From contig CM000208.1 of the NCBI GenBank assembly GCA_000002445.1, positions 1,248,001 through 1,312,000 on the forward strand: a stretch of DNA of 64,000 bases, read 5' to 3'. Shown in pieces: positions 35,190 to 46,291 of the stretch (the stretch's first letter is position 1; every line of letters starts with the position of its first letter). Below the pieces are notes generated by a model. That model saw nothing but the letters and a program-made list of their open reading frames with translations. It did not search any database and was not told the origin of the DNA. Source of the DNA: Trypanosoma brucei (lineage: Eukaryota). The translations under genes and the position numbers were made by a program.

Positions 35190-36137
35190 ATGGGCTCAAT
35201 GGTAATCGGAGGTGACCGCAAGTCAATCTCCTCGGTCGAACCCCTCACGGCCCTTCAATCGAGTAACGCAACACCCAACAAGGTCAATCAGAGGCCAACT
35301 CCCTCACAGAGGGAACAAAAGCAGGAGACGTCAAAGTCACCGCTTGTTATGCGGGCAAATGCAGCTGCTGATGTGCATCAGTGGCCAGATTTTTCGGGAT
35401 TCCGTGAGAGGAACGACATCTTCAACACCAGTAGTTTACCGCGCTCCCCCAATCAGAAGCAAATGGACACTCATGCAGAGAATAACAGTAAAGCAGAACT
35501 TACCTCACCGGCAAGTGAAGGTAGTGGACGTGTGATGGAACGAAGCATGACAGCGGCGGTATCCGCTCGAACATTTAGTGACGACAGAGTGTTAGATGAT
35601 GAATCTGATATTGACATCGTCATTCACATGCCAACACATTACCAGCCGGGCCCACCGGCACAGATCCAGGAGAAGGAGGTCGTGTCATCATCATCCCCTA
35701 GTTGCAACACAGGTGTCGCACTGTCCACCAACGAGGTGCCCTGTAGGGACATTATTAATTCAGCGGAAAACGAGAAAGTTTCCTTTACTGGGGCATGTCA
35801 GCAAAAAGAGATTGCCCATCTAAACGAATTTGTTGCAGTGGTAAAGGAGGCTGTAGTGAAAGCTGTGGTTGAAATTCCCGCATCGCCAAAGCCTCAACGT
35901 CGACCTCGGTTGACCCGGGCACTTCTCAACAGGACCAGGGAAGTTACCTTTAAGCCGTACACCATCGAGGAGTGGCTGGGGGGCGTACAACTACTTGGGG
36001 ACCAACCGGCTGCGGTTAAAATTTGTTCAGTGGAGAATGTTATACTCACGGCCACGATAGCGACAATGAAGGTGGAGGATCAGTTCACCGGAAGCAACGG
36101 ATGCACCGATGCTAGATTGGAGGAGTCCACTAACTGA
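35190..36137 (+). CDS. Hypothetical protein (315 aa). The N-terminal half is Ser/Thr/Pro-rich and disordered; the C-terminal half is structured.
   Basis: ATG start, non-repetitive composition, same strand as neighbours. No motif recognised. Confidence 0.5.
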   Translation: MGSMVIGGDRKSISSVEPLTALQSSNATPNKVNQRPTPSQREQKQETSKSPLVMRANAAADVHQWPDFSGFRERNDIFNTSSLPRSPNQKQMDTHAENNSKAELTSPASEGSGRVMERSMTAAVSARTFSDDRVLDDESDIDIVIHMPTHYQPGPPAQIQEKEVVSSSSPSCNTGVALSTNEVPCRDIINSAENEKVSFTGACQQKEIAHLNEFVAVVKEAVVKAVVEIPASPKPQRRPRLTRALLNRTREVTFKPYTIEEWLGGVQLLGDQPAAVKICSVENVILTATIATMKVEDQFTGSNGCTDARLEESTN

Positions 36138-36225
36138 ATAAATGATACTCTGCTGCTGGAACTTACCAAATGGGATTTCTATTGATACAATCTTAGTTTA
36201 AGGCAGCCCTTTGAATCAAATATTT

Positions 36226-36563
36226 CTGCAGCTTGAAGTTCCCGTGTATTTTCTGAGGGCGAGACATTTATAACGTAAAAGTGGTATTATTTTCAGATAC
36301 ATCGCCTCTTTCCCTCTATCTCTCTTTCTCTGGCGGACGTTTATTTTTGTTTTATACACACCTCCAGTGGTAATTTTTTTTTCTTGTATTCTCTGCGTGC
36401 TGAAGTTCCACTTTGTTCCGTTCCATGTTATAGAGTAGTGTGAACTCAAATGTGTGAGGGAAATAAGAGCTGTCTGATTATCTTCTGTGTGTGTTTGTGT
36501 TTGTTCGGGAAGTTCACGTGCAGAAGTTTATGCGTTACATTATTTTGATACCACTGTATTATT
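36226..36563. repeat. Copy 1 of a dispersed ~340 bp repeat element, located 89 nt after the stop codon of the 35190 gene.
   Basis: About 97% identical to 45729-46085. It begins ctgcagcttgaagttcccgtg. Near its end is cgggaagttcacgtgcagaag, which is an imperfect reverse complement of the start. Confidence 0.8.
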
Positions 36564-38920
36564 GAAATACCTCACAGCACACAACTGTTTCCTCCATTGA
36601 TGTCTTGTTTCCGCAAGCATATTGATGTATGATACACATTTTCCATCTATTGTTCCTTTCCGTGGTCTTGTAGACAGATCAGCAATATCGTTTTTCAATT
36701 CTTTAACGTTCGGACAGCTAACGTTATTGTTATTGTCATTATTACTATTTTCGTTGATATATATTACGTGGGTTAAATTGTTGTAACCCAGGAGTACTCG
36801 TTCTGTGGATTTTGAGTTATTTTTTCCCCCTTTAACCCACTAGGTTTTCTTATTTTCTTCTCGTTTCTCAGATCGCGTCCATGGGTAAGAAAATGTGGCA
36901 AGGGCGGAAAAGGGAAGGGAGAGGGATGCGTAAAAGAAACGGAGAATTTAAACTGAATGTAATGATGGGGGAATCAGTTCTGTAGAAATAAACAAGTGAT
37001 TCATCACTTTTTTTTTCAATTTGTCAGTGCTTGTTTGTCTTTTTTCTTTCCCTACTTTAGTTTTTTTTCTTTTTATTATTATTTTTTGATAGCCCTATAT
37101 CCCACCCTTTCCTTCCAGACCCCCTTTTCCCAGTTGTGGATGTGTTATATATTTTTTTTCCTTTTCTTTTCCATCTTTGTTGGTACGTACTCGTGCACAT
37201 CGTCACATGCTGCGAATGGTCTCTAAAAGCAGAATTTAGAGGGAATTGGTGACGGATTGTGGAGAGACATGTGAGGCGTGTGCATTTTTTTTTATGTCCA
37301 TAACCACGCGCGTGTGTGTTTCATATATCTATTTATGTGTTTAAGTACCAGGGGGGGGAAAGAAGGGCGGGAGAATAAATAAATAAATGAAAAACAGATG
37401 AAAAGAGTGTCAAAGTTGATGAGAGAAATGACAAAAGAGACTCGAATGTGATTTGTTACTTTATCTATTTATTTGCTGTTTATTATTATTTTTTAACTTG
37501 TGTGTGCGTTTGCATCACTAAAACGTGAGCACAAGGGGATGAGTTGTCAGTGGCAGAGCCGTGAAGGAAAGGGGCACTATTTGACGTATATATATATATA
37601 TATATATTCAATCTTACGTTTTATGATAACAATATAAAGTTATTATTACCAATGCTACCATTGTTTTTTCTCCATGTGCCGTCTTAAACCCTTGTGAAAC
37701 GTCTTACAGCTCATGAAAGGGTGGCGGAAGGGAAACGAGAATAAATAACTTTTTCCTCTAACCGTAGTATTTGGTTTGCGCCCCACTACAGCCCCCCTCT
37801 TATACTTTTTCTTACCTTTTTAAAATTTTGTTTCAGCAACGTGGTAGCGCAGGGCACGAAGTGTTGCGTTGTGAACGGTCGCTCATTGTGCTACCAAAAC
37901 GATGGACAGAAGCGTATGAACACAGACGGACAAAAAATAATATATGTATGCATTTGTGTGTTTGTTTATGCCTTGTAGTCTATAAATGTAAAAGCAGTTA
38001 TGCACCTGATTCTGTTCGAAGTTGCTCTATAGGATCAGTGTGAGATGGAGTACTCGTGAGCAATACGGACACTAGTAATAATAATCATAATCACGATAAT
38101 TATGGTCGCAATTTTTATAAATTCTTCTCACTTGTATATATAAATATGTAATTGTTTACTCGCATGTGCAGGAGGACATACTCCTCAGGTATGGAGAGTG
38201 GTGAAAGACTCTGCCGTGGGGCGGGGGCTGCCAAATATTTGCGTGTGTGTATGGGCAGGTGTGCTTTGAGAAAAGGAAATGATGGATTACGGGAAACAGG
38301 TTGAATGATTCAATACCCCAATAACACTTACCGATGCTATTCAAACCTCTTCATCCAAAAGGGAGTGCATATATGATTTCCAACTTATTTTTTTCTCATT
38401 TTTATTCCTATTACCATTACTATGATTATTATTTCAAATCACTATGGGCACTTTCTTTCGGCTCAGTGTCAATTTGCATTTTATTTTTGTTTCTCAGTTT
38501 GTTAAGCAATGCAATACACTCGTTCCTGCGTCGTAGTGATAGTTTACTGCAGTATTCCCTCGTAGCTAAAAGATATGCACCTCCAACTTCATTGAGGGGA
38601 GCGCATGAGGCTAATTTATGTCTGCTCGTGGGAAGTACCCAGCGTAATAGCCCTCTCCATTGTTTGCTGCTCAGCCGTGACTGATGATTTTTTTCTTTCT
38701 CTTACTCTTACTTTTCTTCTTTGTGTTGGTTTCTTGCCATTATAGGTTACAGCCGCTATTTTTTTTTTTTTTTTTGATAAGGCCCTGCAAAGGGGATCGT
38801 AAGCGGAAGGGGTATACGGTGCGATTTGTTTGAGCGGGCCGTTCCTCTGCTTTATATTTCCTTCAGTTACCGTTCTTTTAGTGGAGGGGGGCACCTTAGC
38901 ACGAAGGGGAAATATAGGGG

Positions 38921-40216
38921 ATGCAACACATTAACCATAGATTCAGTTACTTCATAGATAACTACATTCTACTACTTGCAGAGCGGTTTGGTATTCCACT
39001 CAGCACTGAGGCCCCTTCAGAACGCAGCGGCGGTGACGACGTTGACGATATCGATGGGAGCGGTCTCGCGAAATGGGAGCAAGTTGCCGAATGTGTGCGG
39101 GAGGCGTTGAGTCGCCCGAAGACGGCAGAAGAGCGCCAAGCGCTTCTTCACGTCGACGTGAGTATGCTTGATGCAAAGGTTTGCCGCGGGAGGTTGCAAT
39201 ATCTCATATGGCAAGCTGAAAGGTCGGTGGAGGGTGGGGTTGGGGAGAGGATAAAAGGAAAGGAATCACCATCCTTTTCGGTATTTAATATCACACGTGA
39301 CTCACTACGGGACAAAATTCAGGGCATATATGCCTCGGTTCGGGATCATTTACCGAGCACAATCGCCCCTCGACGCAACCACAACGGGAATTCCACCGGG
39401 CCCGCCGTTCAAAGTGGTTCACAGGGAGATAAGGACGTTATGGATTACGATAGTGACGGTGACGGAAGCGAAGGCAGTCTTCATGTCGTTGATGTCGTTT
39501 TGCCAACGGAGGCGGAGGCTCGGCGTAACCGAGTGGTGGCGGAAGCTCGTGATGATCTTCTGTCGAAGATACAAAAAATGCAACTGGATTTCTTTGAGAA
39601 GCATAGACGATGGGTGGACGTTCCCTTCGATTTCGACACTGTTCCTAACGATGGTAGTGGGCCTGAGGAAACATCCCCTCAATCGGACAGCACTGGACTT
39701 TCGAAATCCGCCGCGCGAGAGGCACTGGAAAATGGAACTCCAACTCGGTTACCACCCAGTAGTGAGATGCCAGAGCCCACAATGCGCAACGAACTTGCAG
39801 GGGAATCTGATGGCCCTAAACTTGATCCGATAATGAGTCTTTTCAACGCCCTGCGGGAGGACCGTCGCGTCGGGCGCCCACCACGCCCTTCTCAAATGAG
39901 GGAAGAGGATTACGAAAAGCAATACGTGCATGCCTCAACAATGCCCTCCGCCCCCGCTGGGTTTCCTAATGCATTGGATGGACAAACTATCCGCCGTTTC
40001 AATGGGAGGCCGAGCACTGAGTCCGTGCGAACGCCGGAACCCGAAAAGCCGGCGAATGAGCCTCTGCCCATCAAGAACACCATCAGTAATGGCGGCGCCG
40101 TGACACATGAGGGGCGCGCACCACAGCTACGGGCAAATAGGTGGAATGTTGTGGAGTACGACGGTGAGGATAGCTCTGAAAGTGAGAGTAGCACCGATGT
40201 AGAATGCGTGACGTAG
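38921..40216 (+). CDS. Hypothetical acidic protein (431 aa). The ordered N-terminal helical region is followed by D/E/S-rich disordered segments.
   Basis: ATG start. PolyY tract 38690-38780 upstream. Acidic clusters (DYDSDGDGSEGS, EYDGEDSSESESS). No motif recognised. Confidence 0.5.
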   Translation: MQHINHRFSYFIDNYILLLAERFGIPLSTEAPSERSGGDDVDDIDGSGLAKWEQVAECVREALSRPKTAEERQALLHVDVSMLDAKVCRGRLQYLIWQAERSVEGGVGERIKGKESPSFSVFNITRDSLRDKIQGIYASVRDHLPSTIAPRRNHNGNSTGPAVQSGSQGDKDVMDYDSDGDGSEGSLHVVDVVLPTEAEARRNRVVAEARDDLLSKIQKMQLDFFEKHRRWVDVPFDFDTVPNDGSGPEETSPQSDSTGLSKSAAREALENGTPTRLPPSSEMPEPTMRNELAGESDGPKLDPIMSLFNALREDRRVGRPPRPSQMREEDYEKQYVHASTMPSAPAGFPNALDGQTIRRFNGRPSTESVRTPEPEKPANEPLPIKNTISNGGAVTHEGRAPQLRANRWNVVEYDGEDSSESESSTDVECVT

Positions 40217-42068
40217 GTGAAGGGAAGGTTGTAGGCCTCTTCCCCTAATAGGTCATTACTTTCCGCTCTTATGACTCACCAGGTAACCACTTTTCTTTTT
40301 CTAGGGATGAGGGTCAGTTCACTTCCTCCCTGACTTACTGCGTCTTGCGTGTTAATATACCTGAGCCGTTCGGGATGTCGTCCGTTGGCGCTTTTCCGCC
40401 ACGAGGGCCTCATGCATTCACACACGAACTACGCAGAGATATAGATGGTAGGTGAGTGAGGTAAGGCGGGTCATGCGGCGTGTGGGTTACGAGGCGCATG
40501 GGGAGGGGGGAAGAAAAAAGGAATGCGTATGAAATAAGAGTGGAGTGATGTAGTTAATAAAGTTGTGGAGGCAGGGAGGGTACATCAGCACCCGAACAAT
40601 AGATCTTTCGTGCATGCATGTGGGGGAGTTCCTTCGTATACATCTGCGCTGTCATTATTACTGAGAGGGATGCTTGTTTCATCAAGTGAATTTGAAGTGG
40701 GCCGGCGAATGGACAAACCAGTGGGTTTGTGTGACGGTTAGTGACTTAAACTTAAAACAATTTCACGGTGTGTGCGCACCCTGAGGCTAACATGCGCCGC
40801 GTTGTTCTTCAACAGTTGCACCACTCAGTGTTCCGAAAAGAACGTTTCAGAATCACCCCTATTTTTAATCCATTTCTTTTTCTCAACTTGTGCGAAAAGG
40901 GTATTATTTTTGTCTCATTTACTTTTCCCTAGTGTCCTGTATCGGTGGAGGGGGACTGCTCCTCCAGAACACGTAAAAAATGGGGACTTAGGAATCACGA
41001 AGGATTAGCTCTTGATGGTTAGAGCTACACACTGTAGTATAATATGCTATCGGCCCCTAATAACTATAAGTTATAAATGTGGAGCGCAAGTTCTCGTAAA
41101 GCAGTTCGTCTTAAAAATGCTAGTGGTTGAGTGTGTGTTTGTGTGTTTGTGGGGATAGTCGGATCCACACCAAAGAGAGAAAGTTGTGAAGAGAGGCAGC
41201 AGCATCACTTGTTGGATGGTTATCCCTGTCACCAAACATATCCAACATTCCTCAGAGGCCGAGGTGCGGTGTGCTCACGATTATTGTGGTCTGCAAGCTG
41301 TTTATGTGCGTGAAAGCCCCCACTTTTTTTTTTGTGCTGCCGTAAGCGGTTTGGCCACTTTGGTCGATGTGACACGTGTATGTGTGTGTGCGTGGTGAGC
41401 ACCTCGTTATGGGAAACATCGATGACTTGTATCTGCGTGTGCTGCTGCTTGGGGGTTGTTGGGACACTTTTTTTTCGGAGGTGGCAGCCACAGTGGTGCC
41501 ACGGAGTTGCATTATTCAACTGGCAGCAGTAGCGGGGACGTCGGAGCCGTGTCCCTACACCTTTTCGTTGACCCTTTGCAACCGTTGGTGAAGGCGATGA
41601 GATCCGTAAAGCCCTCTGTTTAGGGGTTTCTTGTTTTTATATGCATTGCGCGTACGATAGTTTTAGTTTTACGACCATTCTCTGACCCGCAGATGCGTAA
41701 ATGGGGCCAGCATACTGAGAGAACACCGAAGGGTCACTGTTTTAACGCGGTGTGACTTTCCCTCAAGCTTCCTTATTCTGCATTGTGTTATCCTCGTCAA
41801 TAATTCGGAAACGCTCTCAATTATTTTGCTTTTTGCTTTGTTGGCACCGCCGTCGCCACCTGTTGGGGACGCACCGGTGACTACTTTTCATTCGTGCAGG
41901 GGAGGGGACTGGAAGGCGTAGGGACATCGTGGCAGTTGCTTAACTGTAGTTCAGAAGGGTCGCACTCAGGAAGGCGCCAGAAGTGTGAAAGGTGTTGGAA
42001 CTGCGGGACCGTTTACGAGAGGTAGAGATCCCTGAGGTGTTCCTTTTCCCACATTTCAGTTAGGAGAT

Positions 42069-43571
42069 ATGAACCCGTCCTATTTGAATCAGATATTGAG
42101 TTACCCCCAACGCGAATCGCTAATTTCGGAGTGCCCCGCGCTTGCACTCCTCTGCTATCAGGAATTAGTGGCTGCCTTCCGCAAAGGGAAACGCATTGCT
42201 GATCCGCTGTCTTTGAGGGATGATGTCACAGTCCTACTTTCCATTGGATCGTTGCATGAACTGACGGACCGGATTTTCTCAGCTGCACCGCATGAATCCG
42301 CTTTGCCTCCTCTCTGGTGTACGCTTCGGAAGGCTCTTGAGTGTGCCTGGGACCCCAGAGGTGATGGTGAGCGACAATGTGAACTAACGATGGTGGGTGG
42401 GAAACTCCGATTTTACAAGAAAAAATGTGATAGGATGCCGCTTGCACAGTCATCAATGCGGAACGCACTTAATATGAGTAGAACACGCATTCGAGAAGTT
42501 ATTGCCTGTGCCCTATCGGGTTCACTGGAGCCCCTTGGAGGGAGACGTAACGAGCCTATCGCTGCATTACTTCAGTTTTCCCGCCTGATCCCACCACCGT
42601 CGGAAGAGCGGGTCGTCACCTCTGAAGGATTGGCATTTTGCATGCAGCCCCTTCAACAACAGTGGTGGACATTAGTATCTGTTGTGTTAGATCGCGCACT
42701 GGCCATAATGTCGGGTAAAGGAGTCTCACGCGCCACTCTTTGGCAGCTTCTAGCTGTTCTGTTTGCACTTAACACAAGTGATTATGTTTACTTGTTTCCT
42801 TCAAAGGATGATGACCTTGAGGCCTTTCAACTGCTGGCGCGCCTCTCGGAGGTCGGGTTGGTTTACCCCCTTATTTGTAACGGAGAGAAATGCTTTGTGC
42901 TTTCTCCCCACTTCCACCACGCCATATGTTGGAGTTCTACACCATCGCTTTGCACAGCGGCATTGCTGGACGACACGAGGGGTCCATCGTCTCGTCTACG
43001 GCGGGAGGATGAAGATACTATCATCACTGAAACAAATTTTCGACTATACGCATACACGAAAAATCCTGACATGCTGCGCATTCTTGATCAATTTGCGGTA
43101 AAGGAAGTGGATGTGGTGGGAATGGTTGTATGCTACAGGGTGACACGAGCATCATTTGCAAGTGCACTAGCGAAAGGCATAGGCGCAAACCATATATTGC
43201 AATTTCTTACGGTGAAGGCACATCCTTCTATGATCAAGCAGAGCAATAGTGAGGCTGGTGACCCGTCGTGCCCGGTTCTCCCCGCTGCTTCTGTGGGATT
43301 CGGTAATACATCTGAATATCGTCAGGGAAATATTATACCACAATCCTTTTGTGATCAACTGTTCACGTGGGAGAGGGAATGCCGAAGACTAATTTTTCGT
43401 CACGATGTGGTGCTGTTGAAAAATATCGGGAAAGAGCAGATGGAAATAATCTTAAACTGTCTTTCAAATAGTGGGGAACAGCACGCCGTGGTGCATCGCG
43501 AGAGCGGTACTTTGGCCATTGAACAGGAGGTTTACACGCGTGTACTGTCCAATTTCATTACTCCGGATTAA
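42069..43571 (+). CDS. Possible TFIIH subunit p52 (Tfb2/GTF2H4-like); otherwise a hypothetical protein.
   Basis: 500 aa. The N-terminus YLNQILSYPQRESLISECPALALLCYQEL resembles the Tfb2 N-terminus ([27 protein letters not shown]). Size matches p52. The functional call is tentative. Confidence 0.45.
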   Translation: MNPSYLNQILSYPQRESLISECPALALLCYQELVAAFRKGKRIADPLSLRDDVTVLLSIGSLHELTDRIFSAAPHESALPPLWCTLRKALECAWDPRGDGERQCELTMVGGKLRFYKKKCDRMPLAQSSMRNALNMSRTRIREVIACALSGSLEPLGGRRNEPIAALLQFSRLIPPPSEERVVTSEGLAFCMQPLQQQWWTLVSVVLDRALAIMSGKGVSRATLWQLLAVLFALNTSDYVYLFPSKDDDLEAFQLLARLSEVGLVYPLICNGEKCFVLSPHFHHAICWSSTPSLCTAALLDDTRGPSSRLRREDEDTIITETNFRLYAYTKNPDMLRILDQFAVKEVDVVGMVVCYRVTRASFASALAKGIGANHILQFLTVKAHPSMIKQSNSEAGDPSCPVLPAASVGFGNTSEYRQGNIIPQSFCDQLFTWERECRRLIFRHDVVLLKNIGKEQMEIILNCLSNSGEQHAVVHRESGTLAIEQEVYTRVLSNFITPD

Positions 43572-44056
43572 TGACATCAGAGGTAACGACATGAGTGCTG
43601 CTCTTGGAGTTCGTTTCTACCTGTTTATTCTTGGTGTGTGAGTGAGCGCACGCGCATTGGTTCCCTTACTACAGTGGTCGGGTCGCGGTTGGGGGCGTGG
43701 TGGCCGCTTGGGTGCCGATTCCGTTTCCTTTTTTCCCCCCTCCTCCGCGGTGCCAGTAACGCGAGGGATCGGCTTGGTCTCCATCTGCGGTGTGTATTAT
43801 TCGGTAAAAAAAAAAATAATAATTCGACCTTAGCCTTTTTCCAGTGGAAGGGGTAAAGAAGATGTGTCTGTCATGTGTGTTTGCTCGTTTTTGAACGCTG
43901 TTGCTTATGCTTGAATTGATGTATACCTCATTTCCCCCCGTATTGTAATTGTTCATTATTAACAACAACAATAAGGCTCAGTGAAGGTGTAACGGCTGGT
44001 TCTGGGCTGGCCTGCGGCGTCGATCCCTTCCATTTGACCATTTTAGCGACTCGGCG

Positions 44057-45400
44057 ATGCGTAGGGGACCACAATGGTTTATCCAGAGCCGGTCACGTGA
44101 ACGGTTTCACCAGTTATGGCCATGGGCACTTGGGGGCGTATGTGCCACTTTGTACTTCTTCAATCGCGAGCCTTTTGAAGAAATGGCTGGTACTGTGGTA
44201 ACTAAGATACGGAAACCCCTACTCAAGACGATGGAATGGATTGAACTGCACGATGTGGACCCGGAGACGATGGCGCTGGAACTTCCTCCTGACGTGCTTT
44301 TTGGCCCCTTGGAGTTCTCAAAGCAGATGCGATTCCTAATGGCTGCGCTACGGGCTGATAATGAACTTGCCGATGGGTATCTTGCTCGTGTGCTGGTGGA
44401 TCATATGGATCTTTCTCTCGATCCACCATTGCTCACGGAAAAGGAAATTCTCGAGACAGGTGGGAGGCAGTTGCTTGACTTTGCCATTGAGGATTTTTTG
44501 GGTGCAGGTTCTAGGAAGACTCGGAAGCATATATTCTTTAGGCCAGACCAATTTCTTCGTCTTATAAACTTTTTAGCCGTTTATCCGTCATTGACAAACT
44601 ACTTTGTGAAGGAACGCAACGGTGTGGACATGATTTTTCGCGCGCTACGGCACAGCAGCGACGAATTCGCACGTGTTCTGGCGCTTCGCAGCCTATGTCT
44701 ATTCTGCTTTACGCAGCGCGAAGACGGCGACGTGGAGCGGCGAATAATGCAGGCGAATGGTGTTGAGCAAATTGTGAAAGCTTATAAGCAAAGTACGGGT
44801 GACCCAACCGACACAAGGTACATCACCTTACTCGTCTCTTCCCTGTTGCGCCACTATCCTCTAGAGGGCGGAAAAGAATTTGTTGAGGCTGATGGCATTC
44901 AGGCAGCTGTTGACAACTTGAATATTGCTCGGTACAAGGGCATACCTCAACATGTGCGAGTTCTTCATGATGCGAAACGACTCCCACCAGCGGCCATTGG
45001 CGGGAGGTCCATCAATTCGCGCATTGAGGATGCTGACTTTATTCCTATAGCGATGGGTCTTCTTGATGCCTTTCCTGAATTCTACGAAGCTTCTAGTGAG
45101 ATATTACTACTACTACGAAGTATTGTACCGTCGTGTGCGAGTCCGTTTAACCTTTTGGAGTATCGTGCTATGCCTATTTTATCAAAATATTATGTGCGAT
45201 GGCAGAATGACACCGTTTTTCACACGGATGGTACGCTCCAGTTGTTGGTGGAACTGTTTAAACTAATGTTAGAGGACCCGACGTGCCAGCGCTGTTTTGA
45301 CCCGAGTGTGGCGTCATATGAGTTGCAGGAGTGTCTGCGGACCGCACGCGCGGCAATTGAAGCGGAATCATCCAAACCTGTGGTGCAACCCACACTTTAG
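44057..45400 (+). CDS. Hypothetical protein (447 aa), mostly alpha-helical and possibly an ARM/HEAT-like solenoid.
   Basis: ATG at 44057. An alternative in-frame ATG at 44183 (MAGTVV...) exists. Several candidate polyY-AG sites lie at 43690-43980. No motif recognised. Confidence 0.6.
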   Translation: MRRGPQWFIQSRSRERFHQLWPWALGGVCATLYFFNREPFEEMAGTVVTKIRKPLLKTMEWIELHDVDPETMALELPPDVLFGPLEFSKQMRFLMAALRADNELADGYLARVLVDHMDLSLDPPLLTEKEILETGGRQLLDFAIEDFLGAGSRKTRKHIFFRPDQFLRLINFLAVYPSLTNYFVKERNGVDMIFRALRHSSDEFARVLALRSLCLFCFTQREDGDVERRIMQANGVEQIVKAYKQSTGDPTDTRYITLLVSSLLRHYPLEGGKEFVEADGIQAAVDNLNIARYKGIPQHVRVLHDAKRLPPAAIGGRSINSRIEDADFIPIAMGLLDAFPEFYEASSEILLLLRSIVPSCASPFNLLEYRAMPILSKYYVRWQNDTVFHTDGTLQLLVELFKLMLEDPTCQRCFDPSVASYELQECLRTARAAIEAESSKPVVQPTL

Positions 45401-45728
45401 TTTGTGCAGAAATTGATTTGTGTTTTGCGTCTTTTTCCGTTTGGATAAGGGAATATGAAAAGTGGAAGAGGGCGCAACGGACGGTGAAATTGTTAGTCAC
45501 CGTGTTAATGTGAGGTGACCATCCTCCCTTTCCTTTTATTTTTTGTATTTTTTTTTTTCGTCATCATCTCTTTTGAGCAACCTGACACGACAGATGTGTG
45601 TGTGTGGGAACACGAACAGGAGCGAAACAAAAGGAATAATAGAGGAATAAAAATATGATGAATTGCATTTATTCCATGATAGTCAACAACAGACAAGATA
45701 ATTCTTAAACGTCTTGATTTCGATATTC

Positions 45729-46085
45729 CTGCATCTTGAAGTTCCCGTGTATTTTCTGAGGGCGAGACATTTATAACGTAAAAGTGGTATTATTTTCAGA
45801 TACATCGCCTCTTTCCCTCTATCTCTCTCTTTCTCTGGCGGACGTTTATTTTTGTTTTATACACACCTCCAGTGGTAATTTGTTTTTCTTGTATTCTCTG
45901 CGTGCTGAAGTTCCACTTTGTTCCGTTCCATGTTATAGAGTAGTGTGAACTCAAATGTGTGAGGGAAATAAGAGCTGTCTGATTATCTTCTGTGTGTGTT
46001 TGTGTGTTTGTGTGTTTGTGTTTGTTCGGGAAGTTCACGTGCAGAAGTGTATGCGTTACATTATTTTGATACCACTGTATTATTT
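45729..46085. repeat. Copy 2 of the dispersed ~340 bp repeat element, located about 330 nt after the stop codon of the 44057 gene.
   Basis: Near-identical to 36226-36563. Differences: an expansion of the (TGTGTTTG) motif, one extra CT unit and two point changes. Confidence 0.8.
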
Positions 46086-46291
46086 AGGTATTACCACCTT
46101 ATGTGTTTTATTGGTTTATCTTTTTTTTTTCATATTTAGTGGCGAAAGGGGGGTTTGCTTCGTGAGTTTGTGCTCTTGTGTTGAGAAAGGGATCAAACAA
46201 TCACCGAATTGGTCGAAGCTAAGTGACCTGAATCGTTTCTAAGTAAGAGAATATTTTTTAATTAACCGATAGATATTCAAAGGAATCGATT

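Noticed and set aside
36216-36449. 77-aa minus-strand ORF, and its twin at 45796-46038.
   Set aside because: Both lie entirely inside the two copies of the dispersed ~340 bp repeat. The conservation is explained by the repeat itself, not by coding constraint.
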